Source of the DNA: Candidatus Micrarchaeia archaeon
Lineage (GTDB): Archaea; Micrarchaeota; Micrarchaeia; Anstonellales; Bilamarchaeaceae
Direction of reading: 5' to 3'
Assembly (NCBI GenBank): GCA_041653635.1
Contig: JBAZFC010000001.1
Location: 265,111-329,110, forward strand
Length of the DNA stretch: 64,000 bases
The notes under the pieces were generated by a model, which did not search any database, was not told where the DNA came from, and was given only the letters and a program-made list of their open reading frames with translations. This document shows positions 45,108 to 55,601 of this stretch, piece by piece. Made by a program: the position numbers and the translations under genes. Every line of letters starts with the position of its first letter. Positions within the stretch are counted from its first letter, which is position 1.

Positions 45108-46229
45108 ATGGCTATGCGCCTCGCGGTGGTCACGCCTTTCCTTGAAGCATACGGGGGGGTGGAAAAGGTCGTGATGAAGATTGCTGAGCATTTTGATGCG
45201 AAGGTCTATGCCATGGGCTACAGGCCGGAAGCGACATACCAGGAATTCCGGAAACTTGACGTGGAGGTCGTGGGTGGGGGAGGGATGCTCCCCAAGGGGA
45301 GGTTCTTCTCCGGAATCAACGCGGGGCGGCTGTTTTATTCGCTTAAGCTCCAGGATTACGACGTGGTGAATGCGCACCAGAGCCCCTCGGAATGGGTGCG
45401 CAACAGGAACGCGCCGATGATATGGTACTGCCACAGCCCGAACCGGGAGGCGTACGACCTATATGAGTGGAGGATGCGCAGGCGCGGGCCCGTGCAGAAG
45501 GCGGCGTTCTGGGGCGCGGTGAAGGCGTTCAGGGCGGTGGAGTCCGGCATAGTGCCGAAGATAGAGCACATATTCACGAACAGCACGAACAGCCAGGGGC
45601 GGATACGGAAATACCTGAAAAGGGACGCGGAGATACTCCATCCCGGGGTGGAGCCGAAGGAATTCATGTGTGAAGGGTATGGGAAATTCTTTTTTTATCC
45701 CTCAAGGATTGTGCCTGAGAAGGAGATAGAATATGCGATAGAGGCGTTCAGGATTTTCTCAGGGAAGAGGAAGGGCTGGAAGCTCGTGGTCGCTGGCGCG
45801 GCCTCGGAAAGGCCGGAGCACAGGAGGTACCTTGAGGGGCTGAGGGGAATGGGCGTGGAGGGCGTCAGCATACGGACGAACGTGAGCGATGCGGAGCTGA
45901 AGGGGCTGTATGCGAAATGCCTTGCGGTGCTCTACACCCCTGTGAACGAGGATTTCGGGCTCGTGCCCATAGAGGCGATGGCATCGTCCAAGCCGTGCAT
46001 AGCGAGGAACGAGGGCGGGCCGAGGGAAACGATAGAAAGCGGGAAGGACGGGTTCCTTGTGGACAGCGCGGGGGGGATGGCGCAGAGGATGGGGGAGCTG
46101 GCGGAAAAGCCGGAACTTGCGGAGGGCATGGGGAAGGCGGGAAGGAGGAAGGTGCTGGCGAAATTCACGTGGAAGCGCTTCATGGAGAGGTTCGGGGAGA
46201 AAGCAAAGGAGTTGGCTAAAAAGGCATAG
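45108..46229 (+). CDS. Glycosyltransferase family 4
   Basis: GGVEKV, YCHSP, SRIVPEK and EDFGLVPIEAM motifs. Confidence 0.9.
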   Translation: MAMRLAVVTPFLEAYGGVEKVVMKIAEHFDAKVYAMGYRPEATYQEFRKLDVEVVGGGGMLPKGRFFSGINAGRLFYSLKLQDYDVVNAHQSPSEWVRNRNAPMIWYCHSPNREAYDLYEWRMRRRGPVQKAAFWGAVKAFRAVESGIVPKIEHIFTNSTNSQGRIRKYLKRDAEILHPGVEPKEFMCEGYGKFFFYPSRIVPEKEIEYAIEAFRIFSGKRKGWKLVVAGAASERPEHRRYLEGLRGMGVEGVSIRTNVSDAELKGLYAKCLAVLYTPVNEDFGLVPIEAMASSKPCIARNEGGPRETIESGKDGFLVDSAGGMAQRMGELAEKPELAEGMGKAGRRKVLAKFTWKRFMERFGEKAKELAKKA

Positions 46230-46240
46230 AAGGTATCTGG

Positions 46241-47890
46241 ATGGACGGGATAGAAGAGGAACAGAAAACTGTCGTGAAGGGGACGTTCTGGGGGCTCGCC
46301 GGGAGCATAGCCCTGAAGCTCGTCTCGTTCATATATGTAATAATAGTGGCGCGGCTGTTCGCCCAGGACGATGTGGGCACCTTCTACCTTGCGCTGAGCA
46401 TACTCGGGATGATTGCGGTGTTCAGCGACCTCGGCTTCGGCTCCGCGTTCATGCGCTATGTGCCCTTCTATATGGGGAAGGGGCAGAAGGACAAGGTATA
46501 TTCCCTCCTGAGGGCGGGGTACCTCTTCGCAGGGCTGCTGACGATAGTCGCAACGGCCGTATTGTTCCTTCTTGCGGGGCAGATAGGCGATTTTTTCAGG
46601 AACCCCTCCCTTGAATTGCCGTTGCAGATACTTTCGCTCTATTTCCTCACGAACACATTCTTCTCGCTCAATGCATGCTTCCTGTCCGGAAGGAAGCTCG
46701 CAAAGGAGAACAACATACTCAATACCGGACAGAACGTGCTGAAATTGATATTCACCCTGGTGCTTTTCTTCGCGCTGGGGGCGACGATGGAGGCGCTTGC
46801 AATCGGTTTTGCCGCCTCCTTTGTGGCCGTAACCCTCGCCTCCTTTATCTATGTGGGAAGCGACGTTAAAAAACTCGGGATTGGCGGGCTGCGCATAACA
46901 TCCGGGGAGCAGCTCGCGATGGTGAAGGAGGTGCTTCCGTTCGGGCTCGTGCTTTCGCTTGTGCTTTCATTCTGGGTTTTCATATCCTATACGGACAAGG
47001 TGATGCTCGCCTACCTGATGCCAGGGCCGGAGGCTGCGGCTGCCGTTGCGGTGTATGCAATCGCAACCGCCCTCGCGGGCGTGATAGCGATATTCCCCGG
47101 GGCGGTCGGCTCCATATTCTTCCCCACAATATCGGAACTCCGGGGGAAGGGCAAACAGGAGGAGATGCTGAAACTATCCGTGTCCGCGTCGCGTTGGATA
47201 ATATTCCTCACCGCGCCCCTCACAATCGTGCTGGTCGCATACCCGGAGGAGCTGCTGCAGATGTTCTACGGGGCAGGTTATGCCGCGGGGGCGGGTGCCC
47301 TCATGATATTCAGCATAGGGATGTTCGTGCGCGCGCTCAGCCAGGTGCAGAGCTCCATGATAGCCGCGTCGCGGCTCGTGCGCATAGAGCTTTATGCGGC
47401 GGGGGGGGCCGCGCTCGCGAATGTGGCCCTGAACTGGATGCTGATTCCCATCTATGGCATTAACGGGGCTGCGGCCGCGTCAATGATTTCTTTCGTTATC
47501 GTGACCCTCCTCCTAATCTATTATTGCTGGAAGAAATTCGGGTTCGGATTTCCGAGGGAACTGTACACCCCCATTGCAGCTTTGGTGATTGCGGTGGCGG
47601 TGATGCTCGCCTTCAGGGGATGGACCGGCGCGCTAACGGGATTCACTCCGGAATTGCCGGGCATGGAAGGCATCGGCGCGGCGATTGCGCAGAAAATAAT
47701 CAAGCTTGCGGTGCTTGGTGTGCTCTTCGCGGCCAGCTGTGCGTCATATTTCTTGCTGTTGATTATGTTTAAGGCGATAAAAAAGGAAGATGTTTCCCTG
47801 CTTTCGTCCAGCCTGCGGAGGATAAAGGCACCTGCAGGTTTCATACGGGCGGTTGAAGGGATTCTGGGGCTTCGGGGCTGGGCAGACTAG
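46241..47890 (+). CDS. Oligosaccharide flippase (Wzx/MOP family)
   Basis: About 14 TMs; SDLG, TDKVML, FPTIS and NWMLIPIYGINGAA motifs. Confidence 0.88.
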   Translation: MDGIEEEQKTVVKGTFWGLAGSIALKLVSFIYVIIVARLFAQDDVGTFYLALSILGMIAVFSDLGFGSAFMRYVPFYMGKGQKDKVYSLLRAGYLFAGLLTIVATAVLFLLAGQIGDFFRNPSLELPLQILSLYFLTNTFFSLNACFLSGRKLAKENNILNTGQNVLKLIFTLVLFFALGATMEALAIGFAASFVAVTLASFIYVGSDVKKLGIGGLRITSGEQLAMVKEVLPFGLVLSLVLSFWVFISYTDKVMLAYLMPGPEAAAAVAVYAIATALAGVIAIFPGAVGSIFFPTISELRGKGKQEEMLKLSVSASRWIIFLTAPLTIVLVAYPEELLQMFYGAGYAAGAGALMIFSIGMFVRALSQVQSSMIAASRLVRIELYAAGGAALANVALNWMLIPIYGINGAAAASMISFVIVTLLLIYYCWKKFGFGFPRELYTPIAALVIAVAVMLAFRGWTGALTGFTPELPGMEGIGAAIAQKIIKLAVLGVLFAASCASYFLLLIMFKAIKKEDVSLLSSSLRRIKAPAGFIRAVEGILGLRGWAD

Positions 47891-49206
47891 CTGGTAAGCC
47901 GCCTGAACCCCGTGTGGGCCACCGGGCCCTTGAGCCTCTTTTCCACGCTTCCCTCATCTATTGCTTTCTTCAGAAGGCCGAAAACCTCATCTACCTGCCC
48001 CATGTATGTGGCCACGTCCTCGTGCTTGTGCGCGTAGGAGACATAGACGCTCTTTGAGGCGAGGTAACCTCTCTCCAGCATCTCCTGCGTGAAGAGGGTG
48101 GAGATGGCCTGGGATTTTCCCGCGTAGTCAAAGCTGAATGTAATCAGGGGGGAGAACTCGGGCATGAGCGTTATGTCCAGCCCCTTCTCCTTAGCTATTT
48201 TATCCCAGCCCTGCCCTATTTCCGTGCCTATCTTTTTCAGGTGGGACGGGACATCGTTTTTCTCAAGCTTGCTTATGGTTGCGAGCGCTGCGGCGGGACC
48301 TACCCTTTCGGTCCAGTATGTGCTGCTTATGAAAGAGCCCTGGGCCGCGTTCATAACGTCCCCCTTGCCTACTATGGCAGCCATCGGGTAGCCGTTGCTC
48401 ATCGCCTTCCCATAGACAGCCATGTCAGGGGTGGTGCCGAGCAGGGCGTGTATTCCGCCAACGTTCATCCTCCACCCGGAGGTGGTTTCGTCAAAAAGGA
48501 GGACCGCTCCGGCCTCATCCGCAATCTTTCGCACGTTCTTCAGGAAATCTTTCTTCGGGAAGTTGTGCCTCATCGGCTCCACGACAATCGCGCCCACGTC
48601 CTTGTGCTTCTCCATTATTTCTGCGAGCTGGTCGTCGCGGTTGAACTCAAATGGGATGGATGTGCCGGTGAGCCCTCTGGGGACGCCCGAAGGGCTGAGG
48701 CCTGGCAGCAGGTGGCCGTCAAGGTTCTTGTCACTGGCGAGGTTTGCGGCAAGGTACCAGTCATGCCAGCCGTGGTAGCCGCAGAACGCGACCTTCTCCT
48801 TCTTGGTGTGGGCCCTTGCGATGCGGATTGCCGCAGCCAGGGCCTCCCCTGCCGTTCTTGTGTACCTTACCATCTGGGCCCAGGGATTAAGCTTTATGAG
48901 CTTCTCGGCCAGTTCAACCTCCTCGGGGCAGTTGAGCGTGCACATGGAGCCGCCCTCCACTGCCTTGATTACCGCGGCGTTGACGTCATCGTCCGCGTAG
49001 CCGAGTATGCACGCGCCCACGCCCATTATCGTCATGTCCTTGTACTCCTTTCCGTCCAGGTCCCATACTGATATGCCTTTTGCCTTTGAATAGTACGAGG
49101 GCCACTGGTCCGGCAGGAACATCTCCGAGCGCTTTGATAGCAGCTGGCTCCCGCCTGGAATAATCCTCTTCGCCCTCTTCCAAAGTTCAATGCCCTTTCC
49201 TGCCAT
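47887..49206 (-). CDS. Class III PLP aminotransferase (GSA-aminomutase-like, glycan-associated)
   Basis: IPGG, GYHGWHDW, FDE..SGWR, YGKAMSNG and SSTY motifs. TGATG coupling to spsF. Confidence 0.85.
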   Translation of the reverse strand: MAGKGIELWKRAKRIIPGGSQLLSKRSEMFLPDQWPSYYSKAKGISVWDLDGKEYKDMTIMGVGACILGYADDDVNAAVIKAVEGGSMCTLNCPEEVELAEKLIKLNPWAQMVRYTRTAGEALAAAIRIARAHTKKEKVAFCGYHGWHDWYLAANLASDKNLDGHLLPGLSPSGVPRGLTGTSIPFEFNRDDQLAEIMEKHKDVGAIVVEPMRHNFPKKDFLKNVRKIADEAGAVLLFDETTSGWRMNVGGIHALLGTTPDMAVYGKAMSNGYPMAAIVGKGDVMNAAQGSFISSTYWTERVGPAAALATISKLEKNDVPSHLKKIGTEIGQGWDKIAKEKGLDITLMPEFSPLITFSFDYAGKSQAISTLFTQEMLERGYLASKSVYVSYAHKHEDVATYMGQVDEVFGLLKKAIDEGSVEKRLKGPVAHTGFRRLTS

Positions 49207-49970
49207 CACCATCCCTCCTTTTTTGCCTGCTCGGCGTATTTCTCGTTGCGCCCAATCCCGCTGTTGACTCCGGAAAGTTCCGGATGCTTCTTCAATATTT
49301 CCAATATATCTTCCATGCTGAAATCGTGCGCTTCCCCTTTCTTCCCGAGCAAACGGTAGATTTCCCGCACAAACTCCAAATCCTGCGGCTCGTCCACGGT
49401 CCAGCGCATGGAGGAAAGGTCCTTCTTGTTGGCGACATTTAGCTGCCTGAACCTCTCCTTGTTTTTCACTATGAATGGGGTTACGTGCTCGCGGTCCTGG
49501 CCCGCCTGCGCTTCCAGGTTTGCCGCCATGAGGGCTTCCCTTGAGAATACCTCTACATCCAAGCCGTCCGGGAAGGTGGGGGGATGGACGTTTGAAACGT
49601 ATCCATATCCGCCTTTTTCGTATTCCCCTATGGCGCGGTCCACTATTTCCGGGTCCAGGAGGGGGCAGTCCGCGGTCACCCTCACTATTATGTCGCCCCC
49701 GAACTTCTCTGCCGCGCCGGCATACCTCCCCAGCACGTCATTCTCGCTGCCGCGGAAGCAATAAACGCCGGATTCCTTCGCAAGCTTTTCAACCGCGTCG
49801 TCCGTCTTGTTCACGGTGGTGGCGATGATTATCTTGTCTATCCTCCTGCATCTCTTGAGCCTCTGCAGGACGTGCCAGAGCATCGGCCTGCCTGAAATCT
49901 CCTTCAGCACCTTGCCTGGAAGCCGGGAAGATGTCATTCTTGCCTGCAGGATTGCGACCCTCGTTGCCAG
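49206..49970 (-). CDS. spsF: Second SpsF-like cytidylyltransferase (probable CTG start at 49970)
   Basis: (M)ATRVAILQARMTSSRLPGK, RVTADCP and REHVT motifs. An in-frame TAG sits immediately before the CTG, and SD-like GGGTG is 5 nt upstream. Confidence 0.85.
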   Translation of the reverse strand: MATRVAILQARMTSSRLPGKVLKEISGRPMLWHVLQRLKRCRRIDKIIIATTVNKTDDAVEKLAKESGVYCFRGSENDVLGRYAGAAEKFGGDIIVRVTADCPLLDPEIVDRAIGEYEKGGYGYVSNVHPPTFPDGLDVEVFSREALMAANLEAQAGQDREHVTPFIVKNKERFRQLNVANKKDLSSMRWTVDEPQDLEFVREIYRLLGKKGEAHDFSMEDILEILKKHPELSGVNSGIGRNEKYAEQAKKEGW

Positions 49971-50049
49971 CTAAACACCCTTCAATCTTCCATTGGTATG
50001 GTCCTAAATAAATATCTAACTGTGAATGGGCCGCGGAAAATCCGGGAAC

Positions 50050-50754
50050 TCATTTCCTGAAGAGCTTGAATGATATCATGCTCCTCACCATGCCTAGGAT
50101 GTCCAGGAAGCGGAATTCGGAGGAGGCGGCCTCGTTCCAGCGGATTGGGATTTCCGAGATGCGGATGCCCTTCTCCTGCGCCCGGACAAGGAATTCCGCG
50201 TCCCAGAACCAGGATTTGGACTGCACTTCCCCAATCCAGGGAAGGACCGCATCCCTCCTGAACGCCTTGAAGCCGCACTGGTGGTCCTTCACCCTGGAAT
50301 TCCAGAGGATTGCGATTATGGAATTGAAGGCCCTGCTGTAAAAGTCCCGCAGGAATTTCCTCTTTATCATGGAGCCGGGCACGTAGCGGGAGCCTATGGC
50401 TATTGATGCACCCTTTTCCACGCTCCCTACGAGCGCGGGCAGGCAGGAAAGGTCCGCCGCCAGGTCGGCGTCCATGAATGCGATTATATCGCCCTTTGCG
50501 GAGAGCGCGGCATCCTGGATTGCCTTCCCCTTCCCCAAGCGGGCATCCGAATGTAGGACGCGTATCCTTCCGTCCTCAAGGCGCTTTGCAATCTGGAGAG
50601 TATGGTCGCTGCTCCCGTCCTCCGCGATTATGATTTCGTGATCCTTCCCCATCCTGCCGAGTTCCCTTTCCAGAGCCCTTACGGTGGGCTCCAGTCGCTT
50701 TTCCTCGTTATGGGCAGGGATTATGACGGATAGTGCCGCCTCGCCGCTCTTCAT
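50050..50754 (-). CDS. GT2, dolichyl-phosphate glycosyltransferase-like
   Basis: IPAHNEE, EDGSSD, GKG.A, MDADL, DHQCGFKAF and WFWDAE motifs. Confidence 0.87.
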   Translation of the reverse strand: MKSGEAALSVIIPAHNEEKRLEPTVRALERELGRMGKDHEIIIAEDGSSDHTLQIAKRLEDGRIRVLHSDARLGKGKAIQDAALSAKGDIIAFMDADLAADLSCLPALVGSVEKGASIAIGSRYVPGSMIKRKFLRDFYSRAFNSIIAILWNSRVKDHQCGFKAFRRDAVLPWIGEVQSKSWFWDAEFLVRAQEKGIRISEIPIRWNEAASSEFRFLDILGMVRSMISFKLFRK

Positions 50755-50866
50755 CAGTGTTAATTTGCTTGAGAATAATTAAAAATGCTAATACGGGTAT
50801 AAGCTGCGGTTGGAGTGGGCGGCGCCTTTTTGGTTTGTGGATGGCGCTGTTGCGGGTTGATGATTG

Positions 50867-51610
50867 ATGGCTGAGATGACTATAATCGTCCCGACGCGGA
50901 ACGAGGCGGAGTGCGTGGAGGGGACGCTTGGGAAAATAGTGAAGGTATGCAAAAAGGCACGCATGGATTACGAAATACTTGTCATGGATGACGGGAGCAA
51001 GGACGGGACCAAGGATATTGTCGCGGGGATGGGGAAGAAGAACGGGAACGTGCGGCTGGTGAACAGGAAGGAGCCGTTCGGGTTTGGATACTCCATACGG
51101 GACGGGATACGGATGGCTTCGGGGAAGTATGCGGCCATAATGATGGCCGACCTTTCTGACGACCCGGAGCTGCTTCCGAAAATAAAGGAAAAAATGGATG
51201 GTGCTGATGGCGGGATGCCGGGTGCCGGATGCGATGTTGTCGTGTGCTCAAGATTCATGAAGGGCTCGGAAGTGAGGAGATATCCCTTCCTCAAGATGGC
51301 CTCAAATAGATTGTTCAACTGGACGGTCGGGATTGCGTTCAACCTCGGGACCGGGGACGCATCAAATGCGTACAAATGCTTCAGGGTGGAAAAAGCGAAA
51401 ACATTGCCGGTGGAGTCAAGGGGCTTCCAGGTGAGCGCAGAGATATTGATAAGGATGAAATTGGCAGGGGCGAAAATATGCGAAATCCCCGCGAGCTGGG
51501 AGGACAGGAGCGCGGGCGAGGCGAAGTTCAAGCTGGGCAATACCTTTATTAGTTATTTTATGCTATTCCTTAAGATGTTTAAGCTGGCTTATTTGGGTGG
51601 AAAAAAATGA
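50867..51610 (+). CDS. GT2, polyprenol-phosphate sugar synthase-like
   Basis: VPTRNE, DDGSKDGT, MADLSD, SRF and WEDRSAGEAK motifs. Confidence 0.85.
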   Translation: MAEMTIIVPTRNEAECVEGTLGKIVKVCKKARMDYEILVMDDGSKDGTKDIVAGMGKKNGNVRLVNRKEPFGFGYSIRDGIRMASGKYAAIMMADLSDDPELLPKIKEKMDGADGGMPGAGCDVVVCSRFMKGSEVRRYPFLKMASNRLFNWTVGIAFNLGTGDASNAYKCFRVEKAKTLPVESRGFQVSAEILIRMKLAGAKICEIPASWEDRSAGEAKFKLGNTFISYFMLFLKMFKLAYLGGKK

Positions 51611-52812
51611 AGGCTGCTGTTGTTGGAATAGGCAGGGTCGGCCTGCCGCTTGCGATATTCTTCGCCTCCAAGGGCGTTTACACATACGGTGTGGACGTGG
51701 ACGCGAAGAAGATAGACATGCTCAGGGAGGGGAAGGCCCCTTTTAGGGAGAAGGGGATGGAGGAGGCGCTCGCCAAGGTGAATGGGAAGGACTTCAAGGC
51801 GACGATGGACTTTTCCAAGATTGCGGATGCGGATTATGTCGTGCTCACGCTGGGGACGCCCGTGGACGAGCACATGAACCCGGATTACACGCAATTGGAG
51901 GCGGCGCTGGGCTCCATGAAGCAGCATTTCAGGAAGGGGCAGACGCTGATTTTGAGGAGCACGGTCTCTCCGGGGAGCACGGAATACCTGAAGAATTTCA
52001 TTGAAGAGAAAACTGCGTTCAAGGTTGGGAAGGACTTTTATTTGGTCTTCTGCCCGGAAAGGATTGCGGAAGGGAAGGCGATGGAAGAGCTTGAGGTGCT
52101 TCCTGAGATTGTGGGCTCGCTGGACGAGGAGAGCGGGAAGAAGGCCGAGGAGCTTTTCAGAAGCATGGGGAAGGAAGTGTACAGGACTAGCGCGATAAAT
52201 GCGGAATTACTAAAGTTGTTTACAAACATGTACAGGTACATAAATTTCGCAGTGGGGAACGAATTCCTCGTGATTGCGGATGAGTGGGATGCGAACATCC
52301 ACGAGATAGTGGAATTGTCCAACAAGAATTATCCGAGGGGGGGGCCGAAGATACCCGGATTCACCGCGGGGCCATGCCTGTTCAAGGACGGGTTCTTTTT
52401 GACTAGCACCATTCCGTTTTCCGACCTTATATCCACTGCCTGGAAAATAAATGAAAACCTGCCTGGACATTTGATAAACAAGGCGAAAAAAATAAAACCG
52501 CTTAAGGGCGCGAAGAGCGTCGTGCTGGGCATGGCGTTCAAGGCGAACTCGGATGATGACCGGCTCTCGCTTTCGCACAAGATAAAGAAGATACTCAAAA
52601 GGGAATCCGCGAACGTGGTCACGCATGATGTATATAGGGACGGGCCCGATTTTGAAGGGGCGGTGAAGGATGCGGAATTCCTGGTGATGGCGACGCCGCA
52701 TAATGAGTACAGGAAGCCCCTGGAATGGTACAAGAAGCATGTGAAGCCGGGGTGCGTGATAATAGACGTGTGGAATGTTTTCGGGAAAGGCTCGGTAATT
52801 TTCAGGTGTTGA
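51607..52812 (+). CDS. Nucleotide-sugar dehydrogenase
   Basis: GIGRVGLP, RSTV.PG, CPERIAEG, KLFTN, GPCL.KD and AFKANSDD motifs. Confidence 0.9.
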   Translation: MKAAVVGIGRVGLPLAIFFASKGVYTYGVDVDAKKIDMLREGKAPFREKGMEEALAKVNGKDFKATMDFSKIADADYVVLTLGTPVDEHMNPDYTQLEAALGSMKQHFRKGQTLILRSTVSPGSTEYLKNFIEEKTAFKVGKDFYLVFCPERIAEGKAMEELEVLPEIVGSLDEESGKKAEELFRSMGKEVYRTSAINAELLKLFTNMYRYINFAVGNEFLVIADEWDANIHEIVELSNKNYPRGGPKIPGFTAGPCLFKDGFFLTSTIPFSDLISTAWKINENLPGHLINKAKKIKPLKGAKSVVLGMAFKANSDDDRLSLSHKIKKILKRESANVVTHDVYRDGPDFEGAVKDAEFLVMATPHNEYRKPLEWYKKHVKPGCVIIDVWNVFGKGSVIFRC

Positions 52813-52813
52813 G

Positions 52814-53782
52814 ATGGCTAAGGTTATTGTTACTGGGGGGGCTGGGTTCATAGGGAGCAGGGTTGTCGCGAAGCTTGTGCGGGACGGGCACGCGGTTACG
52901 GTGGCGGACAACCTGAGCAAGGGGCAAGTGAAGAATATTGATTTGGACAAGGTGGAATTGGTAAGGATTGATTTGTGCGATGCCAGCGCGACTGCGGATT
53001 TGCTGGCGGATTTTGAGTATTGCTTCCACTTCGCAGCGAAAATAGGCGGGATTGGATATTTCCACAAGTACCCTGCGGAAATTATCCGGGATAATACGCT
53101 GATGTTTTCCAACCTGCTGGATTCGGCGAGGAAGAGCAAGAGCTTCAAGAAGATGATTTACCTCTCCTCGTCCATGGTATTTGAGAGGACAAGCAGCTTC
53201 CCCTCAAAAGAGGAGGACATATTCACCTCTCCCCCGCCCATTACGCATTATGGGTTTTCCAAATTGATTGGGGAATACTATTGCACGGCGTTCATGGAGC
53301 AGTATGGGATGAAATATACCATTTTCAGGCCGTTCAACGCATACGGACCTGGAGAGGTGCCGGAAAATGAAGTCGGTATTGCACATGTGATTCCGGACCT
53401 GATAAAGAAGATATATTATGACAAGCAGTACCCGCTGGAATTGCTTGGGGATGGAAGCCAGGTGCGCGCATATACGTATGTGGAGGACTTGGCGGACGCG
53501 ATAGGGACGCTCGCATTTGATGCGAGGACGGACAATAATGATTTCAATGTGGCGAACCCGCACGCATATACTGTGATGGAATTGGCGCAGGAGATATGGA
53601 AGATGTGCGGGGACGGGAGGCCTCTCCAGACAAAGCATCTCCCTGTTTTCAAGGACGACGTTAAGAAGCGGGTGCCCAGCACGGAAAAAATAGAGGCGCT
53701 GGGATGGAGGGCGAAGGTGGAGATGGAGGAGGGGCTGGAGAAGACCTTCGCATGGATAAAGGAGAACCGGGGGAAGCAATGA
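52814..53782 (+). CDS. NAD-dependent epimerase/decarboxylase
   Basis: TGGAGFIG, AAKIGG, SSSMV, YGFSK and RPFNAYG motifs. Confidence 0.87.
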   Translation: MAKVIVTGGAGFIGSRVVAKLVRDGHAVTVADNLSKGQVKNIDLDKVELVRIDLCDASATADLLADFEYCFHFAAKIGGIGYFHKYPAEIIRDNTLMFSNLLDSARKSKSFKKMIYLSSSMVFERTSSFPSKEEDIFTSPPPITHYGFSKLIGEYYCTAFMEQYGMKYTIFRPFNAYGPGEVPENEVGIAHVIPDLIKKIYYDKQYPLELLGDGSQVRAYTYVEDLADAIGTLAFDARTDNNDFNVANPHAYTVMELAQEIWKMCGDGRPLQTKHLPVFKDDVKKRVPSTEKIEALGWRAKVEMEEGLEKTFAWIKENRGKQ

Positions 53783-55590
53783 AGGTTTTGGGGAAGGAAA
53801 TTGAGAATGCGGATTGGGGTTTCCTGCTCATCCTGCTCGCAAGCATGGCGCTGAACCTGGATTTCATTTCCCAGTTGAAGCAGATACCAAGCCCGTTATA
53901 CGGGGGCGACCTGTACAACGGCCTCGGGGGGGTAAACCACATAATGGAAGGCGGAAACCCCTTTGAAAGCGCACAGATGGCTGGGGAGCCGCCCTGGGTG
54001 CCATGGCTTTACCATCTCTCGGTGGCATTGTTCTCCGGGTTGGGCGGGCTGGATGCGGTGCATGGGCTGCTTTATTTCTCCCTTGTGATTGAGCTGCTTT
54101 CACTGGTTGTCATGTATGCGCTCGCCTCGCGCGTCGTGGGGGACAAGAGGGTGGCTCTTGTGGCGGTGGTGCTTTTCTCCTCGCAGTTCCCGGCGTTCAA
54201 GTACGGCCAGATGGCGAATGCCCTGTTCATGCCCGGGATGCTGCTCGCGCTGTACCTGTTCGGCAAAAGGCAGGACAACCTGTCTGCGGCGCTGGTCGGA
54301 ATCATGATCGGGCTGGCCGCCCTGACCAATACGCAGGCTTTTTTCGTGGCAAACATCATATTCGGGTTTGCGGCCCTGTGGTGGCTCTACCCGATTTTCA
54401 AAAAGGGCGGGCTGGACGCAAAAACCGTGAAGGAGAATTCGGGGCTCATCTACAGGCTGGCGCTCATCTTCTCAATAGGGTTCATCCTTGCAATGCCGTT
54501 CTGGTTCGGGCCGATATTTGAGTTCCATGGCCAGACGCCGAATGATATACAAAACATCACTTACCCGGATGTCACGCAACTGCCGGTCTTCATCGGCATC
54601 TCGTGGGCGCTTATACTCTCGCTGCTGCTGCCGTTTGAGTTGAGCGGAACCGGTGCCATCTTTTCCATCCTCAACCTGGCGGGGCTTTACTTCATGGCCA
54701 AAAACCCCGGCAAATACCAGTTCGCGGCAATACTTGTGGCAACGACGCTGGTGTGCATCCTGCATCCCATCATAACGCTTCCGCTCATCCACAACCAGTT
54801 CATGAGCTCCATAATGCTGGAGAGGACGTCCCTCCTGACCGCGGCAATCCTCGTTGGGATTGGCGTCTTCGGCCTGATGGGGATGGCGGGGGGCGGGAAG
54901 AAGGGGACCGGGATTGCCGTTGCGTTCATCCTGCTGGCCGGATTCCATGTGGCAACCGGGTTGAGTGCGATGGGCTCTAACCAGTGGACTCTGGTCGGGA
55001 AGTCGCCGCTGTCCCCATATCACGCGGAACTTGCGGGCTGGATAAAGGAGAATACGGATGTGAATGACGTTTTCCTCACCACGAACGAGGACGGGTTCAT
55101 GATGAACGCGCTCACCGGCAGGAAGGTGGTCTCGTACAGGAGGGCGCACTCCAGCCCATATACGGACATGCATGAGCGCATGGCCGACCAGGCGGTGATG
55201 GTGTATGGGACGGATTCCGCGAAGACGCGGGAACTGCTGGACAAATACGACGTGAAATACCTGCTCGCGACATACAATTGGGTGAGCAACGAGTTCCAGG
55301 TATCCGAAAGCGGTGAGCTGCTCGGCTTCTTTGACCCGCTGGACGTGCCTGACAATTCTTCAAACAGGGAATATTGGGACGAGAACGGGGTTTCGTACAT
55401 ATCCGTGACGATGAGCATGGACCCCGCGCCCAGGCCGAACGTCCCATTATATGATTTGATTGTGGCGCTTCCCTATATGGGGACGGATGGCGGGCCGGTG
55501 AGCCCCACGCTGATGCAGGAATTCCATGTCGTGAAGGCGGTGCAGGCAAGCGGGCAGAACGTATTTTTAATATACGAGCGGAATGGATAA
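53779..55590 (+). CDS. Multi-TM GT-C-like membrane glycosyltransferase
   Basis: PSPLYGGD loop after TM1, many TMs, and a C-terminal soluble domain (WIKENT..NDVF...LLDKYDVKY). ATGA overlap with the upstream gene. Confidence 0.7.
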   Translation: MKVLGKEIENADWGFLLILLASMALNLDFISQLKQIPSPLYGGDLYNGLGGVNHIMEGGNPFESAQMAGEPPWVPWLYHLSVALFSGLGGLDAVHGLLYFSLVIELLSLVVMYALASRVVGDKRVALVAVVLFSSQFPAFKYGQMANALFMPGMLLALYLFGKRQDNLSAALVGIMIGLAALTNTQAFFVANIIFGFAALWWLYPIFKKGGLDAKTVKENSGLIYRLALIFSIGFILAMPFWFGPIFEFHGQTPNDIQNITYPDVTQLPVFIGISWALILSLLLPFELSGTGAIFSILNLAGLYFMAKNPGKYQFAAILVATTLVCILHPIITLPLIHNQFMSSIMLERTSLLTAAILVGIGVFGLMGMAGGGKKGTGIAVAFILLAGFHVATGLSAMGSNQWTLVGKSPLSPYHAELAGWIKENTDVNDVFLTTNEDGFMMNALTGRKVVSYRRAHSSPYTDMHERMADQAVMVYGTDSAKTRELLDKYDVKYLLATYNWVSNEFQVSESGELLGFFDPLDVPDNSSNREYWDENGVSYISVTMSMDPAPRPNVPLYDLIVALPYMGTDGGPVSPTLMQEFHVVKAVQASGQNVFLIYERNG

Positions 55591-55601
55591 TGGGGATTGA
55601 A

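Noticed and set aside
47887..49206. hemL (tetrapyrrole synthesis)
   Set aside because: It is coupled to spsF inside a glycan locus and no other hem genes are nearby.
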